NCBI GenBank assembly: GCA_016195665.1 | Contig: JACPZD010000001.1 | Location: 282,848 to 346,847 of the forward strand | Direction: 5' to 3' | Source of the DNA: Gammaproteobacteria bacterium | GTDB lineage: Bacteria; Pseudomonadota; Gammaproteobacteria; SURF-13 | DNA length: 64,000 nt | Shown: positions 9,442-18,242 of the stretch, piece by piece | Numbering within the stretch: the stretch's first letter is position 1 | How the letters are laid out: every line of letters begins with the position of its first letter | Translations under genes and position numbers: made by a program | Notes under the pieces: model-generated | The model's database searches: none | What the model saw: only the letters and a program-made list of their open reading frames with translations | What the model was told of the DNA's origin: nothing

Positions 9442-9556
9442 GAGAATTGCAATGGATCGCCGCGCATTTCTAAAGTACTCGATTAGCACCAGTATTATCC
9501 GGGATATGCCCGGCAAGCTGGGTATGGGCTAGGCAGAAGCGGGGACGCTGTTCGCC

Positions 9557-10258
9557 TCACCGGATCAGGATGGTTTCCCCGGCACGGACCCGGTCGCCCG
9601 GCCGCACGCGCAGCGTAAGCCCGGACTGCCACGGGACGATCAGGTCCACTTGCGAGCCGATGCGGATCATGCCAAAGACGGCGCCTCGCTCCACGCGCTC
9701 GCCTTCCCGGTAGTAGCTGTCGATGCCGTTTACGGTGCGCGCCCCGATCTGCACCACATAGTAGGAAAGCGGCGCACCCCGATACTCGCCGACGAAGCGT
9801 GTTACCGTGCGCTCGTTCTGCACGATGTGCCCACTGCCGGCGTAGCGCGGCGCGAGATCGAAAACGGTGCGCCAGTGCATGGCGCCCATGTACGCGTTCT
9901 CTCCGATTGCCGGATGCCGGCGGATGAAACCGACGATGGCGGTGAGCGGCGCGCGGTTGTAATGTACGTCGAAGGGGCTCATGAAGACCCCGATGACGAG
10001 CATGGGCTGGTCCACGTCCTGGCGCAGGATGTCCTGCACCGTGGCGCGTAGGCCTTGCTTGATCACCACGACATCCTCGCCCGGCTCGACCTTGCGCACG
10101 TAGACCACGGTACCGTCTGCCGGGCTCAGAAACCCTTCCTCGGCCGGCGGCGTGCGCGGCGGATCGCGGAAAAACCACACGTAGCGCCAGAACAGGAAAC
10201 CGCCGGTGAGGACTGTGACGGCCACCAGCGCGGCGACGATTACTCGACGTGTTGCCAC
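9557..10258 (-). CDS. psd: Phosphatidylserine decarboxylase-family proenzyme (small type)
   Basis: N-terminal TM helix; conserved PSD core (FLSPADGTVVYV..., FMSPFDVHYNRAPL) and a C-terminal Gly-Ser self-cleavage region (MIRIGSQVDLIVP). Confidence 0.7.
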   Translation of the reverse strand: MATRRVIVAALVAVTVLTGGFLFWRYVWFFRDPPRTPPAEEGFLSPADGTVVYVRKVEPGEDVVVIKQGLRATVQDILRQDVDQPMLVIGVFMSPFDVHYNRAPLTAIVGFIRRHPAIGENAYMGAMHWRTVFDLAPRYAGSGHIVQNERTVTRFVGEYRGAPLSYYVVQIGARTVNGIDSYYREGERVERGAVFGMIRIGSQVDLIVPWQSGLTLRVRPGDRVRAGETILIR

Positions 10259-10956
10259 GGTCCTTCGCGCAGTACGCGCACCAGTGCCACGCCCGAGGAG
10301 AACGGAAAGTCAACGACCTCGAAGCGCTCCTGCTCGCGGGCAATCACCTTAAGCCAGCGCTTGACCCCGGCGTGACGCACGAGCTCGCGCACGTAGATGT
10401 GGGTGTCGTGCAGCAGGATATAGCTGTTGCGGTGTGCATGATGCAGGGTGGCGAGGAAGTCGTGGCGCACGTCGGCGTAGGCGTGGTTGCCGTCAATGAA
10501 CGCGAGATCAATCTCCGGCAGCCCGCGCTCAGCATAGCCGGCGAAGAACTCCGCGCTCGTGAGCTTGTAGTGCGTGATCAACCGCTCGACGCCGAAGCGC
10601 CGGAAGTGCGCCTGCACCTTTTGGACGTCGTCCCACTGTGAGGTCCCGCCGATGGTGCGGAAGGGGCCGTGCTTGAGCATGGAGTACGACGGGTCCACGA
10701 AGCTGAGACGACCGCAGGCGTTGTCCTTGAGCCCGAGGGCGAGGCAAGCGACGCTGAAACCGTAGCCCGAACCGATAACCAGCACGTGGCGCGGGCGCAG
10801 CGCGCGTACCAGGCCATAGTAAAGAAAGCCGAAGCCGAGGTTGAGATTGTCCGGCTCCTCGTTATGTCCGAGCGGCTTGGCGTGATCGAGAACCGCGCGC
10901 AGTATCGCGGGATTGAGGCTGAACTGGGCTTCATCGGTCCAATCAAGCTTTAGCAT
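10240..10956 (-). CDS. Class I SAM-dependent methyltransferase (TylF/MycF-like Methyltransf_24 family)
   Basis: Rossmann motif HVLVIGSGYGFSVACLALG and a downstream AFIDGNHAYADVRHDF typical of this O/N-methyltransferase family. The stop overlaps the psd start by 19 bp (operon). Confidence 0.6.
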   Translation of the reverse strand: MLKLDWTDEAQFSLNPAILRAVLDHAKPLGHNEEPDNLNLGFGFLYYGLVRALRPRHVLVIGSGYGFSVACLALGLKDNACGRLSFVDPSYSMLKHGPFRTIGGTSQWDDVQKVQAHFRRFGVERLITHYKLTSAEFFAGYAERGLPEIDLAFIDGNHAYADVRHDFLATLHHAHRNSYILLHDTHIYVRELVRHAGVKRWLKVIAREQERFEVVDFPFSSGVALVRVLREGPWQHVE

Positions 10957-11038
10957 GTCGTGATTGCTTCTTATGACCAGCGGTCGCGCCGGATTTTTTC
11001 TTCATCTCATTACATTACACATGTACTGTTTCAGTTCG

Positions 11039-11056
11039 GTTACATACAGATGACAG
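11039..11056 (-). promoter_or_regulatory. Candidate Pho-box-like site upstream of the methyltransferase-psd operon
   Basis: Minus-strand CTGTCAT-CTGT-ATGTAAC: the first repeat is a perfect CTGTCAT, with 11-bp periodicity. It lies about 85-100 nt upstream of the methyltransferase start. Confidence 0.35.
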
Positions 11057-11183
11057 CGCTGTGACCGCCGCGCTATTTCCAGTACCGGTAATTTTTGTCA
11101 TAAATATTTAATAAATCTTTAATAATTTTTTCCCTCTCGGTACCGATAATGTTTCGGCAATCTAGGATTTTAAGGAACACATC

Positions 11184-11513
11184 ATGAGCAACGAGCGTTT
11201 TTTTATGGAGATCTCCGGGCCTGCCGGCAGGCTGGTCAGGCTGGGCGACACTTTCGTGAACCGCCAGGGCATCGAACTGGTGGTATCGAGCATCTGCCGC
11301 CCGCTCGACTGTGAAGATATTTTGCTGGGACTCGCGCCCGTGAATACCCTGCTCAATGGTGGAAATTGGTATAACGAAATCCTGATGGACTGCGAAGAAC
11401 CCGGCGTCCTTGCCAACAGGATTTACAGCGAACACCCCAGTATCCGTCTTGACCACCTGGACAAGATGAGGGCAGTGGAAGATTTTCCCCTTGACCGACG
11501 GATCGTGGCTTAA
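11184..11513 (+). CDS. Hypothetical protein (109 aa) upstream of and overlapping EAL-GGDEF gene
   Basis: RBS AAGGAAC; no recognised family. The 3' end overlaps the start of the following signalling gene. Confidence 0.45.
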   Translation: MSNERFFMEISGPAGRLVRLGDTFVNRQGIELVVSSICRPLDCEDILLGLAPVNTLLNGGNWYNEILMDCEEPGVLANRIYSEHPSIRLDHLDKMRAVEDFPLDRRIVA

Positions 11514-13371
11514 GAAACAAGCCTCCTTTGAGTTGACCACCATGACTGCCTGTACTCAGGGTTTAACCCAACATGCCATGAATGAAGGTCCGGGGGCCTA
11601 TCTCAAGTCGCTGCAAGAGATTTTAGAGCACCGCCGCCTCACACCGCTTTTCCAACCCATTATTTCACTTCATACCCAACGTATCTACGGTTATGAGGCG
11701 TTGATCCGCGGCCCGTCCAACAGCCCCCTGCATGCGCCACTCAAGCTGTTTGACGCCGCCGGCCGTGCGGGCCTGCTGGCGGAACTGGATATGCTTTGCC
11801 GGGAGGTGATCTTAGAAGGCTTCCGGCGCCTTGATCTGCCCGGCAAGCTGTTTGTCAACGTCTCGCCGGAATGCCTGCTACAGCCCGGTTTCAGACCAGG
11901 AAAGACTCTAGAACTACTGCGCGCGCATAATCTTACCCCTGAGCGTGTCGTCATAGAGTTAACCGAACACAACCCGGCCAATAATTACACCGTGTTGCGC
12001 GACGCCGCCGAGCACTACCGCCAGATGGGTTTCGAAATCGCCATTGACGATCTCGGGGCCGGGTATTCGGGTTTGCGGCTGTGGTCGGAATTGCGCCCTG
12101 AATATGTCAAAATTGACATGCATTTCATCCAGGGTATACACGAAGACCACGTCAAGCAGCAATTCGTGAAATCTATCCAGGAAATTTCCGGCAGCCTCAA
12201 CTGCCGTATCATCGCCGAGGGTGTGGAGTGTCGAGAAGAGTTTCTCGCCGTCCGCGAGATGGGCGCCCCTTTGGCGCAGGGCTATTACTTCGCCAAGCCG
12301 CGTCCCCAGCCTCCGGTATTATTGCCGCGTGAATTATTTCTTACCCGCCAGGAAGGCCCGGGCAGCCCTTATCTCAAAAGCTCGTCGCGCTACGGCACGG
12401 CTGCGAGCTTGATACGCGCGAGGATCACCGTCACGCCCGATGCCACTTTTCAACAGGTAGGCGAGATGTTTTGTAACGCCCCGGAACTGACTTCCATCCC
12501 GGTAGTTCAGGATGCGGTCCCCATAGGGCTGGTGAAGCGCCATCAATTCATGAATATGTTCGCCAGCCATTTCGGGCGTGATTTACACGGCAAAAAGCCG
12601 ATCTCGCGCTTTATGGACAATAATCCGGTGGTGGTGGATAAGAATATGCCGTTTGAGAACCTGAGTAAACTGTTGGTGGGTTCGACCCAGGTCTCCGCCG
12701 CCGATGAGTTCCTCATCACCGCGCGCGGACGTTATGTGGGGGTGGGAACCATCGCCCAACTACTGCAGAAGCTCACTGAACTACAACTGCGCAACGCACG
12801 CTATTCCAACCCGCTCACTTTGTTGCCCGGCAGCGTACCGATCAATGAGTGTGTGGATGGCTTATTGCACAAACGCAGACCGTTCACCCTGTGCTATTTT
12901 GACCTCGACAACTTCAAGCCCTTTAACGATGTGTACGGCTACAGCGCGGGTGATGAAGCCATCAAGTTACTTGCCGAAATCATTACCGAAGTCTGTGGCA
13001 AGCGCGGCGATTTTGTCGGCCATATCGGCGGCGATGACTTCGTGGTGGTGTTTCTGAGCGAGAGTTGGCGTGAGCGCTGCCAGACTATCCTTAATATTCT
13101 GGCCGACAAAATTGTCCGGCTTTACCAGGGACCGCATATCGAACTGGGTGGGATCTCAACCAAGGATCGGCGTGGCCAACCCTGTTTTTATCCGATCATG
13201 ACGCTTTCCATAGCCGCTGTGGAGGCGCTACCCGGCCGTTTCCTGACTCACCACGACATCTCCATGCGTCTCAGCCAGGTGAAGCAGCAAGCCAAGAGCG
13301 TCCCCGGCAATGTGCTGTTCGTGGACCGACGCGAGTCCGAAGCGGACGGCCGGCTTAGAGCATATCCATAA
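11491..13371 (+). CDS. c-di-GMP signalling protein, EAL - tandem CBS - GGDEF-like (GGDDF) domains
   Basis: EAL domain (YEALIRG, DDLGAGYS, KIDMHFI), then two CBS-like segments, then a GGDEF-type domain with the motif HIGGDDF (non-canonical GGDDF). Start codon uncertain (11491 or an internal Met). Confidence 0.75.
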   Translation: MTDGSWLKKQASFELTTMTACTQGLTQHAMNEGPGAYLKSLQEILEHRRLTPLFQPIISLHTQRIYGYEALIRGPSNSPLHAPLKLFDAAGRAGLLAELDMLCREVILEGFRRLDLPGKLFVNVSPECLLQPGFRPGKTLELLRAHNLTPERVVIELTEHNPANNYTVLRDAAEHYRQMGFEIAIDDLGAGYSGLRLWSELRPEYVKIDMHFIQGIHEDHVKQQFVKSIQEISGSLNCRIIAEGVECREEFLAVREMGAPLAQGYYFAKPRPQPPVLLPRELFLTRQEGPGSPYLKSSSRYGTAASLIRARITVTPDATFQQVGEMFCNAPELTSIPVVQDAVPIGLVKRHQFMNMFASHFGRDLHGKKPISRFMDNNPVVVDKNMPFENLSKLLVGSTQVSAADEFLITARGRYVGVGTIAQLLQKLTELQLRNARYSNPLTLLPGSVPINECVDGLLHKRRPFTLCYFDLDNFKPFNDVYGYSAGDEAIKLLAEIITEVCGKRGDFVGHIGGDDFVVVFLSESWRERCQTILNILADKIVRLYQGPHIELGGISTKDRRGQPCFYPIMTLSIAAVEALPGRFLTHHDISMRLSQVKQQAKSVPGNVLFVDRRESEADGRLRAYP

Positions 13372-13480
13372 ATAGTTCCCCTGCGCCCCTTGCGGTGAAA
13401 AAGCTTCACCGCGGAGGACGCGGAGGAGAAACAAATCCTTCTTGATTCCTCTGCGCCCTCTGCGGTAAATTATTTATGGA
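13365..13480. repeat. Palindromic MITE/REP-like element, copy 1 (family A)
   Basis: Outer IR TCCATAAATA / TATTTATGGA encloses the arms GCTTCACCGCGGAGGACGCGGAGG ... TTCCTCTGCGCCCTCTGCGGTAAA. Lies at the convergent phoB / EAL-GGDEF junction. A second copy is at 41400-41487. Confidence 0.6.
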
Positions 13481-13509
13481 TAAGTTCTTAATCTGCTCAA
13501 GTAACCCCG

Positions 13510-14256
13510 TCAGGGCGAAATTGAGGTTTCGGCCTCGATCTGGACCCTGATGTCGGGGAGTTTCATGCCGCGGGTCGAAAAGCGATAACCCGAGCCGCGC
13601 ACGGTCTGAACACACTGCTCATAACCGTACTCTTGCAAGACCTTGCGCAAGCGGCGGATGTGCACATCTACGGTGCGCTCTTCCACGTAGACGTTACTTC
13701 CCCATACCTGATCGAGCACTTGCGCACGGCTGTAGACGCGCTCGGTGTGCGTCATGAAGAAGTGCAGCAGGCGAAACTCGGTGGGGCCCATTGGCACCAT
13801 TTGATCCCCCACGCTGATCAGGCGGTTAGCCGGATCGAGTTGCAGACCGAACAGGTTTATCACCTCGTCGGTCGCCTGCGGCGTGGTGCGGCGCAACACC
13901 GCCTTGATGCGCGCCAGGAGTTCTTTGGGTGAAAACGGTTTGGTGATGTAGTCATCCGCGCCGCTGTCCAGGCCCCTGATCTTGTCGCCTTCCTCGCCGC
14001 GCGCGGTGAGCATGATGACGGGGAGTTGGCTGGTCGCGGGGTCGCGCTTAAGGTTGCGCGCAAACTCCAAACCGCTTACACCGGGCAGCATCCAGTCCAG
14101 CAACAGCAGCAGCGGGATCTCTTTGTTAATGCTCGCGCGCGCAGCCTCGGCGCTGTGCACCGCTTCGCATTGATAACCCGCGCGCGTCAGGGCAAAGCAC
14201 AGCATCTCGCAGATGGCGGGCTCGTCGTCTATTACTAATACCTTATTCATCTTCAT
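13510..14256 (-). CDS. phoB: Phosphate regulon response regulator PhoB
   Basis: [23 protein letters not shown]...[41 protein letters not shown], and the winged-helix end GSGYRF. No phoR is adjacent. Confidence 0.9.
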   Translation of the reverse strand: MKMNKVLVIDDEPAICEMLCFALTRAGYQCEAVHSAEAARASINKEIPLLLLLDWMLPGVSGLEFARNLKRDPATSQLPVIMLTARGEEGDKIRGLDSGADDYITKPFSPKELLARIKAVLRRTTPQATDEVINLFGLQLDPANRLISVGDQMVPMGPTEFRLLHFFMTHTERVYSRAQVLDQVWGSNVYVEERTVDVHIRRLRKVLQEYGYEQCVQTVRGSGYRFSTRGMKLPDIRVQIEAETSISP

Positions 14257-14272
14257 AATTGAAACCTAAAAA

Positions 14273-14290
14273 TGTGACATCTATGTTACA
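14273..14290. promoter_or_regulatory. Quasi-palindrome TGTGACAT-CT-ATGTTACA immediately upstream of phoB start
   Basis: Inverted repeat of TGTNACAT half-sites 17-35 nt upstream of the phoB start codon. It is too close to be a canonical Pho box; possibly an operator. Confidence 0.3.
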
Positions 14291-14620
14291 AAGGATAGTA
14301 TATATCCAATATAGCCCTTGACATTTATAGGTAATGATTTTCATTTGCTAAAATTTGGCTTAACCTTGCCGCCAGCGCCGGGGCTTCTAGCACTTACCAC
14401 ACCATAGATTTATTATCATAAATATCAAGGAGATATTTGTATCATGTCTGCCCGGTGTTTGGCCTTTATGCCGTCACCCATAACGACAGCCAGGCCGCCT
14501 ACCACATCCGGCACGAACGGGGTAACGGCGCAAAGCGCGGCCGGACAGGATGTCTCCTCTTTTTCCGTAGGCATCAATCACAACTTCTGATTTGTGGCCA
14601 AGGGGGCCAATACGGCCTCC

Positions 14621-15121
14621 TCAGTCCAGCGCAATAAGGTCCTGGGGGCGGTAAAAATAAATCAGGGTGGCTGTTCCCGGCTGGGGAGGCCCGTCAAATT
14701 TGACAGCCATCACCCCGCTCTTCACGAATTTGATACCGAGGCCGTGGCCGGGGCTCAGTAATGCCCCGCACAGTTCGCTCAAATCCGGCTCATGCCCCAC
14801 GCACAGCACCGTTTCCTCCGCTCCGCAGCCGGCCAATAGCTTGAGCACCGCCTTTACGGAATACTCCTTGCCGAGCGCCGGGCTCTCCATCAAGACCGTC
14901 TGTAACCCCAGTGTCTCCGCGGTGATCTCAGCGGTTTGACGCGCCCGCAGACGCGGACTGGTAAAGATGCGGGCGGGCTTTAGGCCAATGCGCTTCAACG
15001 CCTTGGCAACCTTGCCCTGAATCTTGACGCCGTCCTTGCTGAGCGGACGCAGACTGTCATCGGGATAATGCAGCGGGTCAAACTCTCCGGCGTCCGCGTG
15101 TCGCATCAAGATGAGTTTCAC
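14621..15121 (-). CDS. sixA: Phosphohistidine phosphatase SixA
   Basis: Histidine phosphatase motif LILMRHADA near the N-terminus; about 160 aa, typical of SixA. Confidence 0.75.
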   Translation of the reverse strand: MKLILMRHADAGEFDPLHYPDDSLRPLSKDGVKIQGKVAKALKRIGLKPARIFTSPRLRARQTAEITAETLGLQTVLMESPALGKEYSVKAVLKLLAGCGAEETVLCVGHEPDLSELCGALLSPGHGLGIKFVKSGVMAVKFDGPPQPGTATLIYFYRPQDLIALD

Positions 15122-15936
15122 CGGCCCTCCTCTTTCTTGAAACTATACTGACCGAACCGGCCGCGTAGCGGCAACAAGAGCAACCCCCAAAAACCCAACT
15201 GTTGCGGGTCACGAAATTCTTTGAGGCCGATCTCAAATCCCAGTTGACCCAGCGCCGGCTGCGCGCGATAGGTGCCGCACAGGCGATCCCACAGCGAGAC
15301 GGAAAATCCAAAATTGGAATTGGTTTCGTTAACGACGCTGGAATGATGCACCCGATGCATGTCGGGCGTGACGATAATCAACCTGAGCCAGCGGTCTATT
15401 TTCTCCGGCAGATGCACGTTGCCGTGATTGAACACCGAGGCGCCGTTCAGCACTACCTCGAAGATCAGCACCGCCCAAGGCGGCGCACCCAGCGCGGCGA
15501 CGGCGGCCATCTTGTACAGCATGGACAAAAAAATCTCCACGGGGTGAAAGCGCACGCCGGTGGTGAGATCGAAGTCCAAATCGCTGTGATGCACGCGATG
15601 CAGCCGCCAGAAGATGGGGAGCGCATGTGATAGCACATGTTGTAAATAGAGCGCGAAGTCGAGCAACAGCCAGGCGAGCAGGAATTCCAGCCAGTAGGGC
15701 CAAGACGTTAGATTAAACAAACCCCAGCCATGCTGCCCGGCGTAGAGTGCCGTGGCAAATGCCCCCACGCCCAACAGCAGGCGCAGCGCCAGCACATTCA
15801 CAGCGAGCAGCGAGAGGTTGGTAAGCCAGTGCCGGCTCTTGGGCTGCGTAGATGAGCGGCGCGGGCGCCTGGCCTCCCACAGCGCCATGACGATGAATAC
15901 GGCGATAAAACTGCCAAAGCGGATTGCGGTTTCCAT
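15118..15936 (-). CDS. Fatty acid hydroxylase / sterol desaturase superfamily membrane protein
   Basis: Multiple TM helices and histidine boxes HVLSH, HRVHHS and HRVHHSS. Stop overlaps the sixA start by 4 bp. Confidence 0.75.
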   Translation of the reverse strand: METAIRFGSFIAVFIVMALWEARRPRRSSTQPKSRHWLTNLSLLAVNVLALRLLLGVGAFATALYAGQHGWGLFNLTSWPYWLEFLLAWLLLDFALYLQHVLSHALPIFWRLHRVHHSDLDFDLTTGVRFHPVEIFLSMLYKMAAVAALGAPPWAVLIFEVVLNGASVFNHGNVHLPEKIDRWLRLIIVTPDMHRVHHSSVVNETNSNFGFSVSLWDRLCGTYRAQPALGQLGFEIGLKEFRDPQQLGFWGLLLLPLRGRFGQYSFKKEEGR

Positions 15937-16044
15937 ATTAGAATCAGATACAAGAGAAAAGATACAGTAAAATCAAAATCACACGCTAAGGAGAGGGGTT
16001 CTACTTGTATCTTGTATCTTGCATCTTTTCTCTGCCTTAAAATT

Positions 16045-16118
16045 TGGAGCGGGTGATGGGAATCGAACCCACGCTATCAGCTTGGGAAGCTGAAGTTCTA
16101 CCATTGAACTACACCCGC
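16045..16118 (-). tRNA. tRNA-Gly (anticodon CCC)
   Basis: Minus-strand GCGGGTGTAGTTCAATGGTAGAAC...CAGCTTCCCAAGCTG...GGTTCGATTCCCATCACCCGCTCCA. Cloverleaf with a 7-bp acceptor stem, anticodon loop TTCCCAA, T-loop GGTTCGATTCC and encoded CCA. Confidence 0.85.
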
Positions 16119-16155
16119 GTGATGTGAATTTTATCATAGCCCGAGCAGCGGGGGC

Positions 16156-17964
16156 TCAGGCTTTGTCAAACAACCCCCGGATAAGCTCGGCGTGGCGCTC
16201 GATGACTTGGCTGCGCTTGAGTTTCAGGGTGAGAGACAACAAGCCGTTTTCAACCGTCCACGGATCCAGCAACAAGGCGGCACGCCTTACCTTGGCATAG
16301 GCCGGAAAACTGCGCAATTGTTCCGCCACGCGCGCCAGCACGGCGCTCTGGGTGCGGCTGTCCGTGAGGCTGGCGCGATCCAGCGGGTCGAGCTTGAGAT
16401 GTTTGGCGAATCCGTCCCATTGCTCCGGGTTCAGCACCAACAACGCGCCGAGCCAGGCCTGGCCTTCGCCGACGATGAGCGCCTGCTCGAACAGGGGGTC
16501 GAGGGTAATGGTTGCCTCCATGTCGGTGGGCGGTACCTTTTCGCCATTGGACAGCACCAGGATATCCTTGATCCGCCCGGTAAGATAAATATGGTTGTTC
16601 TCGATGCGTGCCTGATCGCCGGTGTGCAGCCAGCCGTCGGCGTCTATCATCTGATAGGTCGCCGTGTGATTGTTCCAGTAGCCCTGCATTACACCGGGGC
16701 CGCGCGCCAGCAGCTCACTCTGCTCGCCGATGCGCACCTCCATGCCCGGGATGGGCACGCCGACGCTGGCGGGATCGTTGTCGTCCAACCGGTTGCCGCT
16801 GATGAGCGGGCTCGTTTCAGTGAGTCCGTAGCCCTGCGCGATGGGTAATCCCAAACCGATAAACATGCGCGCAACCGGGGCCGGCAGCCCAGCGCCGCCG
16901 CTCGCGGCCCAGCGCATGCGCCCGCCCAGCCGGGCCAGAAACTTGCGCGCCACCAGCCTCTCCAGCAGCGGCCAAAGCAGCAGGCCGGGGGTGCGCGATG
17001 CGCGTCCTTGCGCCACCTCGAAGCGCCGCCAGCCGATGTCTATCGTCAGGCAAAACAAGCGGCGGCCCAGCCAGGAACGTTTTTGCAACTGACTCTGAAC
17101 CCGGGTATAGATCCGCTCGAACACCCGCGGCACACAAATCATTACCGTGGGACGCACCGCCAGCAGATCCTCGGCTAATTGCGGGATAGAGCGGCAATAC
17201 GCCACCGTGGCGCCCGCCATCATCGGCGAGTAATAACCCAGCGTGCGCTCGAAGGTGTGCGATACGGGCAACATGGACAAAAACACATCTTGCGGATAGA
17301 CCTCCAGCACCCACAATCCCCCTGCGGCGCTGGTCAGTACATTATGGTGACTCAACATCACACCCTTGGGCCGCCCCGTCGTGCCGGAGGTATACACGAT
17401 GTAGGCAAGCTGTTGCGGACCGTGGTCGTGCGACTCCACCGCGGCCTCGGCTGCTTGCGTAAGCCAGTCCGACAGGTTCTGTATCCTCGCGTCATTGTCG
17501 AACTGCTGCCCACTGCCGCCGATGAGAATACGGCTGAGGCCGGCCAACGGCTGTACAGTCGCCTGCAGACGCCGCCATTGCGTGGCATCCTGCACCAATA
17601 GCAACCTGGCTGCGCTATCGTCCAACATATAGGCGGTATTGTCGGGCCGGTCATCGGTATAGAGCGACACCACGACCAGGCCCAACGATAGCGCAGCCTG
17701 CTCGAAGATCACCCACTCCCTGCTGTTGCGCATCAAGATCGCCACCCGGTCGCCCGGCTGGAGATCCTCGGACGCCAGCGCCGTACGCCAGCGCGCTACC
17801 TCACCGGCTGTCTCCGCCCAGGTACTGTCTACCCAAGCGCCGGTGGCCTTGTCATAGCTGCGGTAGGCAGGTGCCTGAGGGCTGCGGCGCACCCGCTCAA
17901 GGAACAGGCCATCGAGGGTGCTCGCCTGTTCCAGGGGAATGATGTCCTTTATCCATTGCGTCAT
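16156..17964 (-). CDS. Long-chain fatty acid--CoA ligase (AMP-dependent synthetase/ligase)
   Basis: AMP-binding signature YTSGTTGRPKGV, about 600 aa, FadD-like architecture. Confidence 0.85.
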   Translation of the reverse strand: MTQWIKDIIPLEQASTLDGLFLERVRRSPQAPAYRSYDKATGAWVDSTWAETAGEVARWRTALASEDLQPGDRVAILMRNSREWVIFEQAALSLGLVVVSLYTDDRPDNTAYMLDDSAARLLLVQDATQWRRLQATVQPLAGLSRILIGGSGQQFDNDARIQNLSDWLTQAAEAAVESHDHGPQQLAYIVYTSGTTGRPKGVMLSHHNVLTSAAGGLWVLEVYPQDVFLSMLPVSHTFERTLGYYSPMMAGATVAYCRSIPQLAEDLLAVRPTVMICVPRVFERIYTRVQSQLQKRSWLGRRLFCLTIDIGWRRFEVAQGRASRTPGLLLWPLLERLVARKFLARLGGRMRWAASGGAGLPAPVARMFIGLGLPIAQGYGLTETSPLISGNRLDDNDPASVGVPIPGMEVRIGEQSELLARGPGVMQGYWNNHTATYQMIDADGWLHTGDQARIENNHIYLTGRIKDILVLSNGEKVPPTDMEATITLDPLFEQALIVGEGQAWLGALLVLNPEQWDGFAKHLKLDPLDRASLTDSRTQSAVLARVAEQLRSFPAYAKVRRAALLLDPWTVENGLLSLTLKLKRSQVIERHAELIRGLFDKA

Positions 17965-18029
17965 GAGGCGGATACCTTCAAAATAACGTGTGTCATGGAA
18001 TGTGGCCGAACCGCGCGAGGAGCAGAAAG

Positions 18030-18239
18030 GTGGGTTTTATCGAAATCTTTGTCAATGGTCAAGCGCGCCAAGTGCCCGAGGGCTGTAACGTCTCGCGCCT
18101 GCTCGACGAATTGGACCTCACCGGCCAGCGCATCGCCGCCGAGGTCAACCGCGAGATCGTGCCACGCAGCCATTACCCCTTGCACACCCTGCACTCCGGC
18201 GATCGGTTGGAGATCGTGCGTGCTATTGGGGGCGGGTAA
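18030..18239 (+). CDS. thiS: Sulfur carrier protein ThiS
   Basis: About 69 aa ending in GG (…LEIVRAIGGG). GTG start after AGGAGCAGAAAGG. Immediately upstream of thiG. The ORF-track extension to 17988 is unlikely. Confidence 0.7.
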   Translation: MGFIEIFVNGQARQVPEGCNVSRLLDELDLTGQRIAAEVNREIVPRSHYPLHTLHSGDRLEIVRAIGGG

Positions 18240-18242
18240 ACC

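Noticed and set aside
17965-18029. Possible TPP riboswitch upstream of thiS
   Set aside because: Only about 65 nt separate divergent fadD-like and thiS starts. There is no CUGAGA/ACCUGAUCUGG-type conserved TPP aptamer sequence.
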